Notes under the pieces: generated by a model
Databases searched by the model: none
Told to the model about the DNA's origin: nothing
What the model saw: the letters and a program-made list of their open reading frames with translations, nothing else
In this document: positions 26,842 through 40,395 of the stretch, piece after piece
Layout: every line of letters begins with the position of its first letter
Numbering within the stretch: position 1 is the first letter of the stretch
Made by a program: the position numbers and the translations under genes
DNA from: Lama glama
Taxonomy: Eukaryota
DNA: 64,000 nt
Assembly (NCBI GenBank): GCA_028534125.1
Contig: CM052817.1
Span: 83,826,001-83,890,000, forward strand
Direction of reading: 5' to 3'

Positions 26842-26941
26842 TGAGCATACAATCTTAATATTTACTTTTAACATTGACATGTGACATTATTATAAAATTG
26901 GTAACAATGTTTTTATGTAAAATACCAATTTCTTCCTTCAG

Positions 26942-27307
26942 GAATCACTGTCTCTACCTGAAGAGTCATCAAATCAGCTATATTCTCCAGATGAACAAGA
27001 TCAAGAAGAACTTGATTTTTTATTTGATGAAGAGATGGAACAAACAGAAGGGCGAAAAAACACATTTACTGATTGGTCTGACAATGATTCAGATTATGAA
27101 ATTGATGACCAGGATTTAAACAAGATTTTGATTGTAACTCAGACACCACCTTACATGAGAAAACATCCTGGAGGAGATCGAACAAGCAACCACATGTCTT
27201 GGGCAAAAATTACATCTGAACTTGCTAGAGTTATCAATGATGGCTTATATTATTATGAGCAGGATCTATGGATGGAAGAAGATGAAAACAAACACACAGC
27301 CATAAAG
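26942..27307 (+). CDS. LARP1B: LARP1B exon J; ESLSLPEE...EELDFLFDEE...KILIVTQTPP...HPGGDRT...INDGLYYYEQDLW...HTAIK
   Basis: ccttcag|GAA acceptor, AAG|gtaatt donor; 366 nt; strongly similar to the conserved central region of LARP1. Confidence 0.97.
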
Positions 27308-29205
27308 GTAATTGTTTCTGGCCAACATCTTTCTGTTGATACTATGTTCTGATTGCATGTTACTGCTTATGTTTTCCTAAACTTGAGGCTTTATTTTATG
27401 CAGTTTTGAATATAAATAAATTATATGTAAATTGAAAAATTCCTAGAAATACAGCTTATAGTCACAACTTGAGAAATTATTTTATCAAGATGACAGTCAA
27501 TAAATAATGCCAATAAAAATATTAGGACTCACTGATTAAAACTTTTGCTTTTTTCAAGGTGAAAAATAATAAGAAAGCTCTTCCTCATAAGAAGGAATAA
27601 AAACTGAAGCTATGGACAGGCTTAGTTTATATGCTCATTCCTTACCTGGCTATAATCACCCCAGCAATATAAGCAGAGCTTCAGAGAGGAGTTACTTTTG
27701 TTCCCCTTTCTGTCCTTCTCACCTTAGTCTGTGGTGCATGTTCTGTGGTAGTGGAACTGGTTGTTGATAAGTATAGAAGATTAACGTTGCTGATTGCCTC
27801 TCCTTGTCCAATCATTACTGTGTTGCCAAGAGTGCTGTTAGAAGCCTTGTTCCAATTTTTATCTTTTTGTGTTTCACCTCACATCCTGGTACCTATGCTG
27901 GCTGTTAAGGTAAAACATGAGAGTACCAGAGTAGTCTACTGGCTATCTGTATTCCTTTTATACAAATTTTAATGGTTACAGATAGGGATTAAAAAGAATC
28001 TTTATCTGCTGTTAAGTTGATCAGAAAACCCTTGAAAGTTAAATAATTTGTTTTGGGGATAGAATATTGGTGTGTGTGGGGGGAATTGTATAACTATAAT
28101 AATGCCAAATAGGAAAGACATCTTGGTCAGAAAAAGTTACTATTCTAGAAAGAAAAGCCACCCACCTTGTGGTTGAACATGTCTGTCCATGAAGCTTCAT
28201 AGCATCAAGAAGTGTGTTTTCCTTCTTGACTCTTCATTTCTTTTCTTCTTGAAATTTCCATCACTTTTTTCCTCTTTGGTCACTGCCTTTTTAGAGACTG
28301 TCAAGATATGGTAGTTTGTCAGTGACTTGGAGCCTGAGCAATGCTGTCCTACTGGTATGGGAAAGGAAGTGTGTTTTTATAAAATTTCTTCGTTGAAAGT
28401 CTTTCTTTGTGTAAGCATTTTTACTTTATTTATGATACTTAGATTCTGTAAGTGACATCGAACTTAAATCCTTTGGGCAACGGGAAAAATAGAAAATAAA
28501 CTAACAATAGTTTTAAATTGTACTCCCTCCATTCCGTATCCATCTGCCTTACTTTGTTCTTTACCATCCACCGTTCTGTATATTGCACTCATTTATTTTC
28601 TGTTTTGATCACTTGGAGGTAAGATATTTGAGGATAAAGATTTTTGTCTTATTTTGTATACTACTGTATCTCCATTGCTAGGACAGTTTCTGGAACAAAG
28701 TAGTGCTCAGTTTATATTTGTTAAAATGGACAAATGAAGTATGGATTAAACATTATGAACTAACCAAAGGAACCTAACCTCTGTGTATAATACTAGTTCT
28801 GTGGTAAAATGTTTTCAGAGTTCCCAGTAACAAACTTTCAAGCCACCTTAAGAAATACATGCTGTTTGTAGGTGATTAAAGCAAATAATCACAAGGCACA
28901 AACCTATGGCCCAGCCAAAGTTGGGGATTCCAACAGGAGTCCTTTCCCATTAAATTGGTACTTAAGGAAATATACCCTTAGTGAAAGAGAATTTAACTTG
29001 CTTTCTCACCTACTCTTCTAAGAGGCTACAAAGCACATTTCCTTAGTTGTGCTGAGCAGAATAAGGAGAAAAAAAACTGGCTTAGAAGTTGTAATTGTGC
29101 AACCCAGCTTCACACTATTTGGGGTGACTAGAGTAACCACTAGTCATAAATGTTAAGTGATTGTGGCCTGTTAATTTCCCAGAAAGTAAGAGAAGCAAAT
29201 CTAGC

Positions 29206-29206
<1 letters not shown>

Positions 29207-29254
<48 letters not shown>
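29207..29254. repeat. (TG)24 microsatellite
   Basis: Perfect 48-bp dinucleotide run. Confidence 0.97.
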
Positions 29255-29256
<2 letters not shown>

Positions 29257-32200
29257 GACATTGACTTTCATTCTAGACCTCAGAAAATTTACTCAAATTG
29301 TTTTATAAGGAAAGTGAGCAGCTCTCAAAAGTTAATAATCAAACAAGGAAATAAAGTACCACATGTGAGAATAAGCAGAAGTAACAGAGAGGAAAACCTT
29401 ACCTTCAAAAAATTTAGATAATGGGGTTATTAAACATAATATGAAGTAACAGTGCTTACTGTGTTTAAAGGAAAATATCTTCAGGGAAGAAGAAATTCTA
29501 GAAATCCTGAAATTAAAAACAGTGAAGGCTAAAATTAACTCAGTCAATTGAGGAGATTAACAACAGATTAGATACCATTAAAGAATCAGTGGATGACAGT
29601 TTACAAGAAATCAACGCAGAGAGACAAAGAGTTAGACTATATAAAAGAGGGTATAGAATGTATTCTAGACAGTCTTTGCTATTGTTTGGTATATTTCGAA
29701 TCAAGTTGTATAATTTAACTTCTAGTGGATTTTATTATAAATCTTTTTATTTTTGAGAAAAGTGAAAAGCGACTGGAATATAGGATGGCAAACATAGTCT
29801 AAGGTATTTATTTGGCATTCTAGAAGGAAAGGAGAGGAAATTAGGCAGAGCCGGTATTTTAATAGCTAGGATCTTTTCTGAACTGTGGAGAGACAGTATC
29901 AACCTATACTTGTATGCCTTGCAAAAGTATATTTCAAGTAAGAGTGAAATATAATGAGAGAAATTGCAAGTAGCAGAACCTCATCAAACGAATTTCCAAA
30001 ACTGGAATAAAAGTGGTTCCAGGTGCCAGAGATACAGAAAGGACTGAAGAGCAAAGCAGGTAATAAATAGGTGAATAATAGATCTAAATAAATCTTAATG
30101 GCATGAAACAATAATTATGTCTAACAGATCTAATATAACATTAATACAAATTGGAAGAAAGCAATGAATGAATAGTGTTTAAAGGTACTTTTGTGTCTGG
30201 AAAGAAGATAATTAATTTTAGTTTTTAAGGTTTTTGTTTTGTAGTTTGAAGGATACCCATTTAAAAATAAAATTAGAAAGAATAACCTTGAAACTAGGAG
30301 AAAGAGAAGATGTGAAATAAGACAAGAAAAAAGGAAAAAGAGGCTTCCAGCATAAAAATAAGGTGATAGATTGAAACCCAAATATTAAAATAGCAAAAAT
30401 GAATAAATATTGTCAGAATTCATATGTAGATACAACCAGTTATGTTATTTATGTGTGACACATCAAAATACAAGGAAGACAAAAGATTGAAAGTGAAAGA
30501 TTGGAGAAATACATACCATAAAATAGTAACAAATCAAAATCAGTATATAGGTTCAGTGTAGTCCCTGTCAATATCCCCACCAGCTTCTTTCCTTAAATTG
30601 ACAAACTAATCTGAAATTCATATGAACATTCAAGGGACACAGACTAGCCAAAACAATCTTGAAAGAGAACAAAATTAAAGGATTCATATACAGTGTTAAT
30701 GACTAGTATATATTAAGACAGAGTTGAGCCTACTATAATGATAGACATACAGATCAGTGGAAGAGAATTGAAAGTCAGGAAATAAACCCATGTGTCTGTG
30801 ATCAACTGACTTCCAGTAAAGGAGCCTAAACCATTTAATAGAGGAAGAATAGTCTTTTCAACAAGTGGTATTAGGACAAGTAGATGTCCACATGCAAAAC
30901 TCTTAACTCACCATACACAGAAATTAACTCAAGATATTCCACATCATATATCATCAGAGAAGTGCAAGTGAAAAGAACAGCGTATCACTATACCTCTATT
31001 AGAATGGACAAAATCCAGAACACTAAATACTGGTGAGAATGTGGAGCATGGGGAATTCTCATTCATTGTTGGTAAGAATGCAAAATGATACAACCACCTT
31101 GGAAGACAGTTTGGAAGTTTCTTATAAAACTAAACATACTCTTATCATACAATCTAGCAATCGCCCTCTGTTGTACTTACCCAAAGAAGCTGGAAACTTA
31201 TGTCCACACAAAAACCTGTACTTGGATATTTATAGCAGTTTTATTCAGAATTTCTAAAATTTGGAAGCAATCAGGATGTCCTTCAGTAGGCAAATGGATA
31301 AATAAACTGTGGTATATCAAGACAATAGAATAATAGTGTTAAAAAGAAACGAGTGATCAAACAATGAAAAGATGTGGAGGAACCTTAAATGCATATACAT
31401 TAAGTGAAAAGATCCATCTGAAAAGGCTACATACTATATGATTCCCACTATTTGACATTCTGGAAAAGGAAAATGAAAGGAGATAATAAATAAAAAAAAT
31501 TAGTGGTTTCTAGAGGTGGCGGAGGGTGGGAGTTGGTGAATAGGCAGAGCAGAGAGGATTTTAGAGCAGTGAGAAGTATTTTGTATAACATAATGATAGA
31601 TATATGTCACTAAACATATATCAAAACCCATGGGAAGTACAATACTAAGAGTGAAAGCTATGTAAACTATGGACTTTTGGTGATGATGATGTGTCATTGT
31701 AGGTTCATAGATTGTAACAAATGTAACACTTGGTGCAGGATGCTGATAGTGGGGAGGCTGTGGTGTTGGGGAAACTAGATATCCACATACAAGAGAATGA
31801 CAATGGATCCTTTAACACCATATGCCAAAAAAATTTAATAGATTATAAAGACTTCAGCCTAAAACCTAAAACTCCTGGAAGAAAATATAGGTGTGAAGTT
31901 TCATGACATTTGATTTGACAGTGATTTCTCAGTTGTGACACCAAAGGCACATGTATAAAAACAAACGGACAAGTTGGAATTCATGAAAATCAAAAACTTA
32001 CATGTATTAATGGACACAAAACAGGGTGAAAAGGCAGCCTGCAAAATAGGGCAAAATATTTGCTTATCATAACCAATAAACAGTTGATATTCTCAAATAT
32101 ATAAAAAAATCAAACAGCTCAACAAAATAGTTGAAGTAAAAACTTGCTATGTAAATAGAAAATCCAAAAGTATCCTATGAATGAGTGATTAGAATTCATA

Positions 32201-32324
32201 GTGCTTAATAAGTTTTTTAGGCGGTTTTGAAAATTCAGACAATGTCTGCATAGCAGCAGTTAGTTGGAAATAGTAACTTACAAGATTTCATTTTCTGATA
32301 GTATAAAACAACCAGAAAAGATCT

Positions 32325-32892
32325 ATACATTTCTTATAGCTGCCACAACAAATTACCACAATTTGGCAGCTATAAAGCAACATGAGTTTATTATTTAATT
32401 TTGTAGATCAGAAATCTGGGTGAGCTCAACCAGTTTCTCTGCTCTGAATCTACAAGACAATTTCAGGTGTTCCTCCTGGGGCTGTTACCTATAGGTTTTA
32501 TGTGAGAAATCACTTCTAAGTTCATTCGGATTGTTTGCAGAATTTGGTTCTTTGTGGCTACGTGTAGAGTTGAAGTCTTTCATTTACATTTTGATTGGCT
32601 GGAGCATGTCAGACTCCTTCAGACCACCTTCTTGGTCAAATTGCACTGCCCAGTCTTTAAATCAGCAGCAGATTGTGGGGCCCTACTTTGCATTTATCTC
32701 CCTTCTGCTGCATCTCTTCTGCCTGTGGTTGGAGAAAGTTTTCTGCATAATTCACAGTAAGCTCCCTATCTTAAGATCACTTAGTAAAAATCTCAGATAT
32801 ATCTGCAAGGTTCTTTTTGCCATGTATTGAACATAATTACATGTTACGGGGATTGGAATCTGGACATCTTTGAGGGGCCCTTCTGCCTACCA
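32325..32892 (+). mobile_element. MLT1-type MaLR solo LTR
   Basis: gctgccacaacaaattaccaca start; ggacatctttgaggggcc..ttctgcctacca end. Confidence 0.8.
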
Positions 32893-33876
32893 AAAGGTAG
32901 ATCTTTAAAAAGATACACCAGACTTTTAAGGAGAAGGGTATAATAATTGAAAAACATTAGTGAAGACACAAATAGGGAGAAAAATACTGAGTTGATGTTT
33001 GAAAAATCAATGTGGTAAAGAGGATGATTTTCTCCAAATTAATTCCAAAAGTCAATTAAATTTCAATAAATATTTCTACAGCTTTTTTTTTTTTAGGAAT
33101 GTGATAAGCTGATTCTAAAATTTGTGTGGAAATGTAAGGGTCAAGAAACTCATTACACTCCTAAAAGCAAGGAGACTTGTTTTAGCAGATTAAAGGAATA
33201 ATATAGACCATAGGAATGGAATGGAAAGTCCAGAAACAGTTGGATGTACACTTGGTAAATAACAGGTGGGGTTGCATATCAAAGAGAAGATCTGATTTTT
33301 AATACATAGTGCTGGAGTAATTGTGTGGGAGAAAAAGTGAAGTTACAGACTTCTGACTTATAGTGTCATTCAGATCTGTTCCAGTGAAGGGCAAAAGCAT
33401 AAAGCTGTTAAGGGATGACAGTAAAAGGTCTTAATGCTTTCAGAATAGGGAGAGGTTTCTTAAGTGGACACAAAAAGCACAATCTTAAAGGATAAGATTG
33501 AAAAATTCGCAAAGAATGTTTCATTAAAAATCAAAAAGTGCACACATTGCCCACAAAGTGAAGAAAAGATGGTTTCCATTCATGATTTGATAGGTATTAT
33601 AAAACAAATATATAAAGGAGTAAAATAAAAAATAACACCAAAAGGTTCAGTAATTGAATGAATTAAAATCGTGAAAAGGTGTTCAAAATTATTAATAAAG
33701 AAATACAAATTAAAATTTCAATGAAATATTTCATAAAATTCACACTAGCAAAGTTGAAACACCAGACTGAAATATTTGGGAGTATTTAGAGCAAGAACTT
33801 CATTAATCTGTGGTAATAAAAAATGTAAAGCCATACCCTATGCTTACCATCTCTACTCAGGAATATGCTCTTGAGT

Positions 33877-34152
33877 TGCATTGCTCAAATATAGTAGCCA
33901 TTAACTACATGTGGTTATTGAGCCTCAAAATGTGGCTAGTCCGAGATGAGATGTGATTTAAATGTACAATTTAAAGACTTAAGAAAAAATACTGTAAAAT
34001 ATTTCAGTGATTTTTAATAAGTATTGCATATTGAGACAATAATTTGTTTGGTTAAGTAAAATGTTAAAATTTTATTTTTTTTAACCTTTTTAATGTAGCT
34101 ACTGGAAAATTTAAAACTGTGGTTTTTATTATGTTTTTATTGGACAGCACTG
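33877..34152. mobile_element. MER33-like hAT-Charlie element
   Basis: gtagccattaactacatgtggttattgagc..aaatgtggctagt; ends ttggacagcactg. Confidence 0.75.
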
Positions 34153-36666
34153 CCCTAAGGAATTTGAGAAGTATTCATCAGGAGCAATATATAACAGTAT
34201 AGCAGAATTATTCATTATATTCACAAATTGTAAATAACCAAAATGTTCATTAGCAATTGACTGGATATGCTGTGGGTATAGTAAATAATGTGATACTATA
34301 TGATAGTGAAAATGAGTGACAGATACACATATTTTTATTAATGGATCTAGAAAACAATGCTGAGTGTAAGACGCTAGGTAAGGTTACATATACCATAAAG
34401 CTTAAAGAACAGGTCAAATCAAACATGCGTTTTTCAGAAATTACACATACATACATACACAGAAGGTAATATAAAGAAATAGCCAGAAATAATTCTCACG
34501 TAAGACAGGATTTGGGTTGTTTTTGTGGGAAGGGAGTATAATACAGAGGGGTTCCAATATAGTAACAGTGTTGTGTTTCTAGTCGTTGTTATATGAGTGT
34601 TTTCTAAACAAATTGCACATGCATATTTAACACATTTTCCTGTCCACTATATTTTATGACAATGTTAAGAAGCTGCTAGCATGAATAGGGATGTGTAGAA
34701 CAAGACGAGGCAAGCCAAAGCTGACTTGCTCAGTTTTCGGAGCTGCAGGTTTATTGTTCTTGGGCTAAAATCGAGGTTAGGTTGAGTCTGTCTTTGTTTT
34801 TTGTATATAGCTATTTGTCTTCCTATCCAGTGGTCTGCTAGGGGTTGTAAACCTGTACAATATTGACAGCTTTATTGACAGAGGATATACAGGTAGGACT
34901 TTTATCCAAGAGATGTGCTGCTGGCTGTCTGTATCTTGTCACTCATATTGCTGGCTGGCCTCTGAACTTGGGAGGCTCAAAAATTGTCCAGTTTACTATC
35001 TCTAATGAACCTCTCCCTAACTAGAAATTTTTAGTTTGAATCTGCACAACAAAGGAGAGAAACCATTTCAATCAGTTCCTCAGTCAGTGTACCCTCTGAA
35101 AGTTGTTTATGTGGAAAGCTAAATATATTCATGCCTTTGTTTCCAGCATTTCAGGAAGAACCTTCAAATTAGAAGCTTCTGAATCACATTGGCCAGTCAG
35201 TTAATGTCATCTTTAGGCTCATAGCATTTGCTGTTGTGCGGTATGTCAGCTTTGTCTGGTACTTGGAATATTATGTGAAGCTGTCACTGGTGGTCTAAGC
35301 ATCAGTTCCAAGAGTTCTCCTTGGTTTCACTGACTTCGTATTGTGTGACAGAACATACCCAGTTGCTAGATGATTAAGGCCTATTCCTGACAAGGAGTCA
35401 ACCTATGCAAATTCCTTTGAGTGCAATTCTGGACCAAAAAGTAGCTTCTCTGAACCTCAAATGGGGATCATTCTTGTCCTTCTCTACCTCAGTGGTTTGT
35501 GAAAACTTTTGAAAACTGTAAAAGACTGCGTGTTTATAAGAAAGAACAAAGGCCATGTGATTATGTGGGACCAGGAATGATGAATGATACAAATGGAGGG
35601 GAGACCAGGATTTTAAAGAAAATACAGAAGCTTCAGGCTTTACTCTAGAAATTGTGACAGCAAAGTGCTATCTGTGGAGTTCTTCCCCAGGCACGACAGT
35701 GTCAGACATTTGCATCATTAGTCCTTTTGTGTTGTGAATTTTAAAATGCAAAGCTCTTTAATTCTTCTTCTTAACACTTTTTTCTGAAAGACTTCCTCAG
35801 ATTGCTTTCCTCTCACAGGCAACATGAGGCCCCACATCAACTTAAGTCATTCTCCCTTCAGAAGTGGTTTTGACTTGATTTCTTCCTGAGGAAGAGACTA
35901 GTGAATCAGGAAACCTAATTTCAGATTTTACCTCACTATTTTAATTCCAGCCAAAATCTCTTACACAAATCAGTTCCTTATGTTAATACATTTACTTCAA
36001 ATATGGTAGCTTTATAATAAATTAACTCTCTGCCAGGGATTCATTCATCAACATATATTTGAGTGCCTGACTATGCTGGGAGCTGGGAGTATGGTAGTAG
36101 ATGTGACTATTGAAAATGCAGTCTCCAAGTAATTCATAATGGTGATATTGGTGGGAGTAGGGTGGGTGGATGAGGATAATTAATCCAGAAAATCTAGACA
36201 ATAAATAACTACCATAATTGACCACTGAATTTAGTTAAGAGCCTCTTCGTAAATTGGAAAGAATAAACTTGCTGTGTTATCGCAGTGGAACAGTTGGGGG
36301 GAAAAGTCTGAAATGACAAATGGGAATATGAATGTAGAACATTAAAATATATGAATATTGAAATATGAATATAATACATTCAAATATATATGAGTAAAGT
36401 ATTTTATTTTATAATATAATATGAATAGTGAAGCTTGGTATAAGGTATTAGAGAAATGGCAGTACCTGAAGGGAGATAAAGAATCAAAGTTTGGGGGTGT
36501 GTATTTGTGTATTAATATATTTTTAAAGATTAGGATGTACTGGTACATTTTACATGGTTATAAGAATGGTCTAGTGGAAAGGGGGAGTTGAAGATATAGA
36601 AGGGAACAGAAAATGGAGCTAAGTTGTTGAGAATATGGGACTAGCTAGGATTCAGGGCATGTGGAT

Positions 36667-36856
36667 CAGGGTTTGTCAGCCTCAGTCCTTTTGACATTTT
36701 GAACCAAATAATTCTTTTGTGCAACAAAGGATGGTTAGCATCATCCCTGGCCTCTACCCACTAGATGCTAGCAGCTCCCGACCACCCATGACAATTATTT
36801 TTTAATGTACCTTGAGGAGAGTTTTGTGGGTACAATCACTGCTAGTTGAGAACAAT
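36667..36856 (-). mobile_element. MER20-like element within L2 remnants
   Basis: cagggttt..ttgacatttt; agcatcatccctggcctctacccactagatgc. Confidence 0.75.
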
Positions 36857-38684
36857 TCATAGAGATTTTGTTCTTTCAAAGTGACCCTGTTCTTTACCCA
36901 GAGCAGGTAATAGAGATAGAAGATGGATGTGGATGGGTTTGTAGATTTGGTGGTGGAAATAAGAATTTTCTTCACATGATTTTATCTTTGTCAATGAAAT
37001 GAGTCAGGTTATAGGGCTGGTGGAGGAGTTGAGAGTGAAGATAAAAAGTCATTTTTGTAAAATTGGAGATAAAAGTTCTTAGAAAAAGCAAAGATTCCTG
37101 ATGAGCAGTGGGAGACAACAGGCTGTTTCTTTTGGAGAATTTTACTTGAGAGGCTTTAGTCCAAAGAGACCAGATAGGAAATTGGAGGACAGTAATACCA
37201 AGATTATTATTGATTTATTTCTTAAAATGATGGTTAAGATCCTATCTAGATCTTACTTGGTCATGAGCGTTTGAAGCTGTTAACTTCTTAAAGCTTTTTG
37301 GCTTTCCCATTACAGCACATTCTCTTGCTTTTTTCCCCCCTACTTCTGTTGCCATTCTTTTTCAGTTATATCTTGTTTGTTCCTTAACTGTCAGCAATTC
37401 CTAGACTTAAGACCTGTATATTCTTACTCTCACTGCTCTCCCTAAATACTCTTTCAATTCAGAGCTTCATTCGCCACTGTATATTGTTTTCATCCCAACT
37501 CCCTGGTGTTTAGGCTAGATTTTGATCCTGAATGTCAGCTGCCTCCTGGAACATCTCATTATATTTGTCCTAGAGTTCTTTAAAAATTAGCATGCCCTGA
37601 ACTGAATTCATTATTTCTCCATTCAAAACCTTCTTCTCTGGCTCCCTTCCCTTTTCAGACAAAACACAACTCCCTAGTTAGTCCATGATTCCTGTCTTAG
37701 TTATTAGTTCTCTGGCCCCTAAACATTGGCACAGATGTATCCCTCTTGTCTCACATTAAGTCTTGTTTGTTATTGCTCTCATATTTCATGAATTCTTCTA
37801 TATGTCCCCATTTCTACTTATCCAGCCTCATCTCATTACTCTTCTCTCTGTACGCTGAAGTATTTGGAGTTTCCCAAAGATACTCTTATCATCTCTGAGC
37901 TTTTGCTCATACTACCCCAAAGTCTTAAAGTGCTCTTTGCTCCATCATCTTTGCCACACAAACTCCTATTTGTGTTTCAGACTTGGTCAAGCATCACCTT
38001 TCTTTGAGCATCCTTTTTCGTTCCCCATTTCCTGCTCTTTCCACAGTTATGTATACCTTTATAAAAGTAGCAGAATACAAGTTAAGGAGCTTGATCAAAG
38101 ATTCTGTTTGTGAGTATATGAATGACTAGGTTCCCAGAGAACCCTCCTATGGAAAATAACTACAAATCTTAGATTGAATTATTGAAAAAATTATCTTAAA
38201 AATAAGGTTATGCTCATTCTACAGATTGATTGAATGTGAGATCCAGAGAAAAGAAACTGACTTCAGAAATAGGCATTTACTCAGGGCAATGAGCTAAATT
38301 ATCAGTTTTGAAATTCACATCCTAATGAACATGTTATAAGAAACCCTGGGATCCACCCAAGCTAGGAAGTAAAATAGAAGACTGGAATACATCTTCAATG
38401 TAAGTGTGGACTAAAAATAAACTTAGAATTGATTTGAGGGGTGAAGAGAAGAAGCTACAAGAAAAATTGCTTATCTGTGTCTTGGTTCTGAATGGAGACG
38501 AGTGGGAAGTGCTCTGAGAAGCAACCACTCAATGGTCAAACATTTATGGATTTGCAGTTCAAATTCATAATACATTTCAGTCTGAAAAGAGCTGGAACTT
38601 AGGAAAATAAAGTGGTCCTGGATTGTTAAAAATCACAGGTTCCTGGCTTATGCAAACCTATATCCTCTTTAGAGAAAGTTATTT

Positions 38685-38885
38685 CAGAGGTTGGCAAATT
38701 CTCCTGTACACAGCTAGATAGTAAACATTTTCTACTTTGCAGTCTATTTAAGGTTTCTGTATCATGTTCTTTGTTTTACAATTTTTTTTAATATAACCCT
38801 TTGTTGTAAAAGCTGTTTTTAGCTAGAGGGCTCTACAAAGAACAGGCTGCAGGCCAGATTTGGTCCATTGATTGTAGACTGACTT
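38685..38885. mobile_element. MER58-like hAT-Charlie element
   Basis: cagaggttggcaaat..gatagtaaacatttt; aacaggctgcaggccagatttgg. Confidence 0.7.
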
Positions 38886-40271
38886 CATTCTAAGCCTAAA
38901 AATATTCCCATAGGTATTTTCTAAGTAAGTAAGTTAAGCTTTCAGAAAAAAAAAAAAAAAAGATTAAGCACTCAAGGAAATAAGATACCAAGTGCATTAT
39001 TGTAGCAGAAATGACAGCAGAAAGAGACCCATAGATAACTTTGGATGCTGGAATTACCAAAACAAAGAATAACAGTCACAGAATATAAAATAAATGTTCA
39101 CATGATTCAGTTAATAAATGATGAGATTCAAAATATGTGAAGAGGAAAAGTAAAGAACAAAGCAGACTTGAAAAGAACAGAACTCCTATGATAGTGAAAG
39201 TTGATTTAAAATTAAGAATTCAATGGTTTCATTTAACAGCAGAAAAGACAAAGATAATGAGACACTGAGGATTAGCGAATTGAAAGAGTTCAGCAGAAAT
39301 TACCAAGAATAAAGCACAGAGTGAAAGGGAAGGTATGAAAGAGGTCCAGGGAATGGGGTTAGAATGTACGGATCTAATTATAGTTCCAGAAGGAGCAAGT
39401 AAAGAATGGGGCAGAGGCAATATATGAAGAGATAGGGCTAGAAATTTTCTAAAACTCACGAAATAATCAGTTTAATAAATTGAGTTTATTTCAGGAAGGT
39501 AAGGCTTGAATTTTGGAACTATTAGGAAACCAACTTGCCATATTTTGGGGTTAAAAGAGAAAAATATAAACTTAATGGATGTAGCAATAGCATTTGATAA
39601 ACTAATACATGATTTAGAAAAAAGAATTTGCAAAACAGATATGAATTTCTATAATGTGAATAAAAAATATCTGCAAAGGAACCAGCGTTTAGCATCATGC
39701 ATAACAGTAAAAATTTGAAAGCATTTATTATTGAAAGAATAAGATGAAATTAAAAATTATTTGGAAAATCCTGGGAATTAAAAAATAAATTATTAGAATT
39801 ATTATCAGACTGTAGCAAGGTTGCTTGATACAAAAGTCAGCGTGTAAAAATCTTTTTGAATTTCTTCTAGCAGCCAACAAAATGAAACTTTAAAAAAGGC
39901 TACTATTTATAATAGCATCAAGAAGTATGAAGGAACTAGGACTCAGTCATAACAAAAAATGTACAGGTCCTTGGGAGAACATTATAAACTTTATTAAAAA
40001 GATATTAAGAGATCTAAATAAATAGATAATTTATAGATTGCAAGAGTTAATATTAGAAAGACAATCCTCAACATTTTGATCTAGAAATTTATTGCAGTTC
40101 CTAACGTTTTTTTTTTTTCCCTCCCTCTCTCTCTATTGGAAGAGCTGACTGCAAAATCTATATGGAAGTGTAAAAAACTAACAGTAGCAAAGACTCTTTT
40201 AAAAAGCACAGAGTTGGCTTTCCCTACCAGATATCAAGACTTTTTACAAAATTAATAATAAAAAATACTTA

Positions 40272-40395
40272 TTTTTTTGTTTTGGGGGGAGATAATTAGG
40301 CTTATTTATTTATTTTTAATTGAGATACTGGGGATTGAACCCAGGACCCCATACATGCTAAGCAACACTCTACCATTGAGCTATACCCACCCCCC
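40272..40395 (-). mobile_element. tRNA-derived SINE, Vic-1-like (camelid)
   Basis: Minus strand reads GGGGGGTGGGTATAGCTCAATGGTAGAGTG...GGTCCTGGGTTCAATCCCCAGT (A and B boxes), then AAATAAATAA..CCTAATTATCTCCCCCC and an A tail. Confidence 0.85.

Larger units (their letters stand above)
29300..34660 (+). mobile_element. Highly degraded sense L1M array (ORF1, ORF2, 3' remnants) with nested elements
   Basis: A-rich L1 motifs throughout; better-preserved L1MC-like 3' end at ~30940-31770. Confidence 0.7.

Noticed and set aside
31033..31333. ORFs with L1 ORF2 C-terminal-like peptides (also 26605-26844, 43601-43873)
   Set aside because: Translations of dead L1 fragments, not genes.
35090..35900. Repeat-poor stretch with possible acceptors (tttgtttccag, ctctcacag)
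   Set aside because: No convincing donor or LARP1-like frame; an exon or enhancer cannot be supported from sequence alone.
40330..40390. tRNA-like A/B boxes on the minus strand
   Set aside because: Head of a SINE with AT-rich tail, not a tRNA gene.
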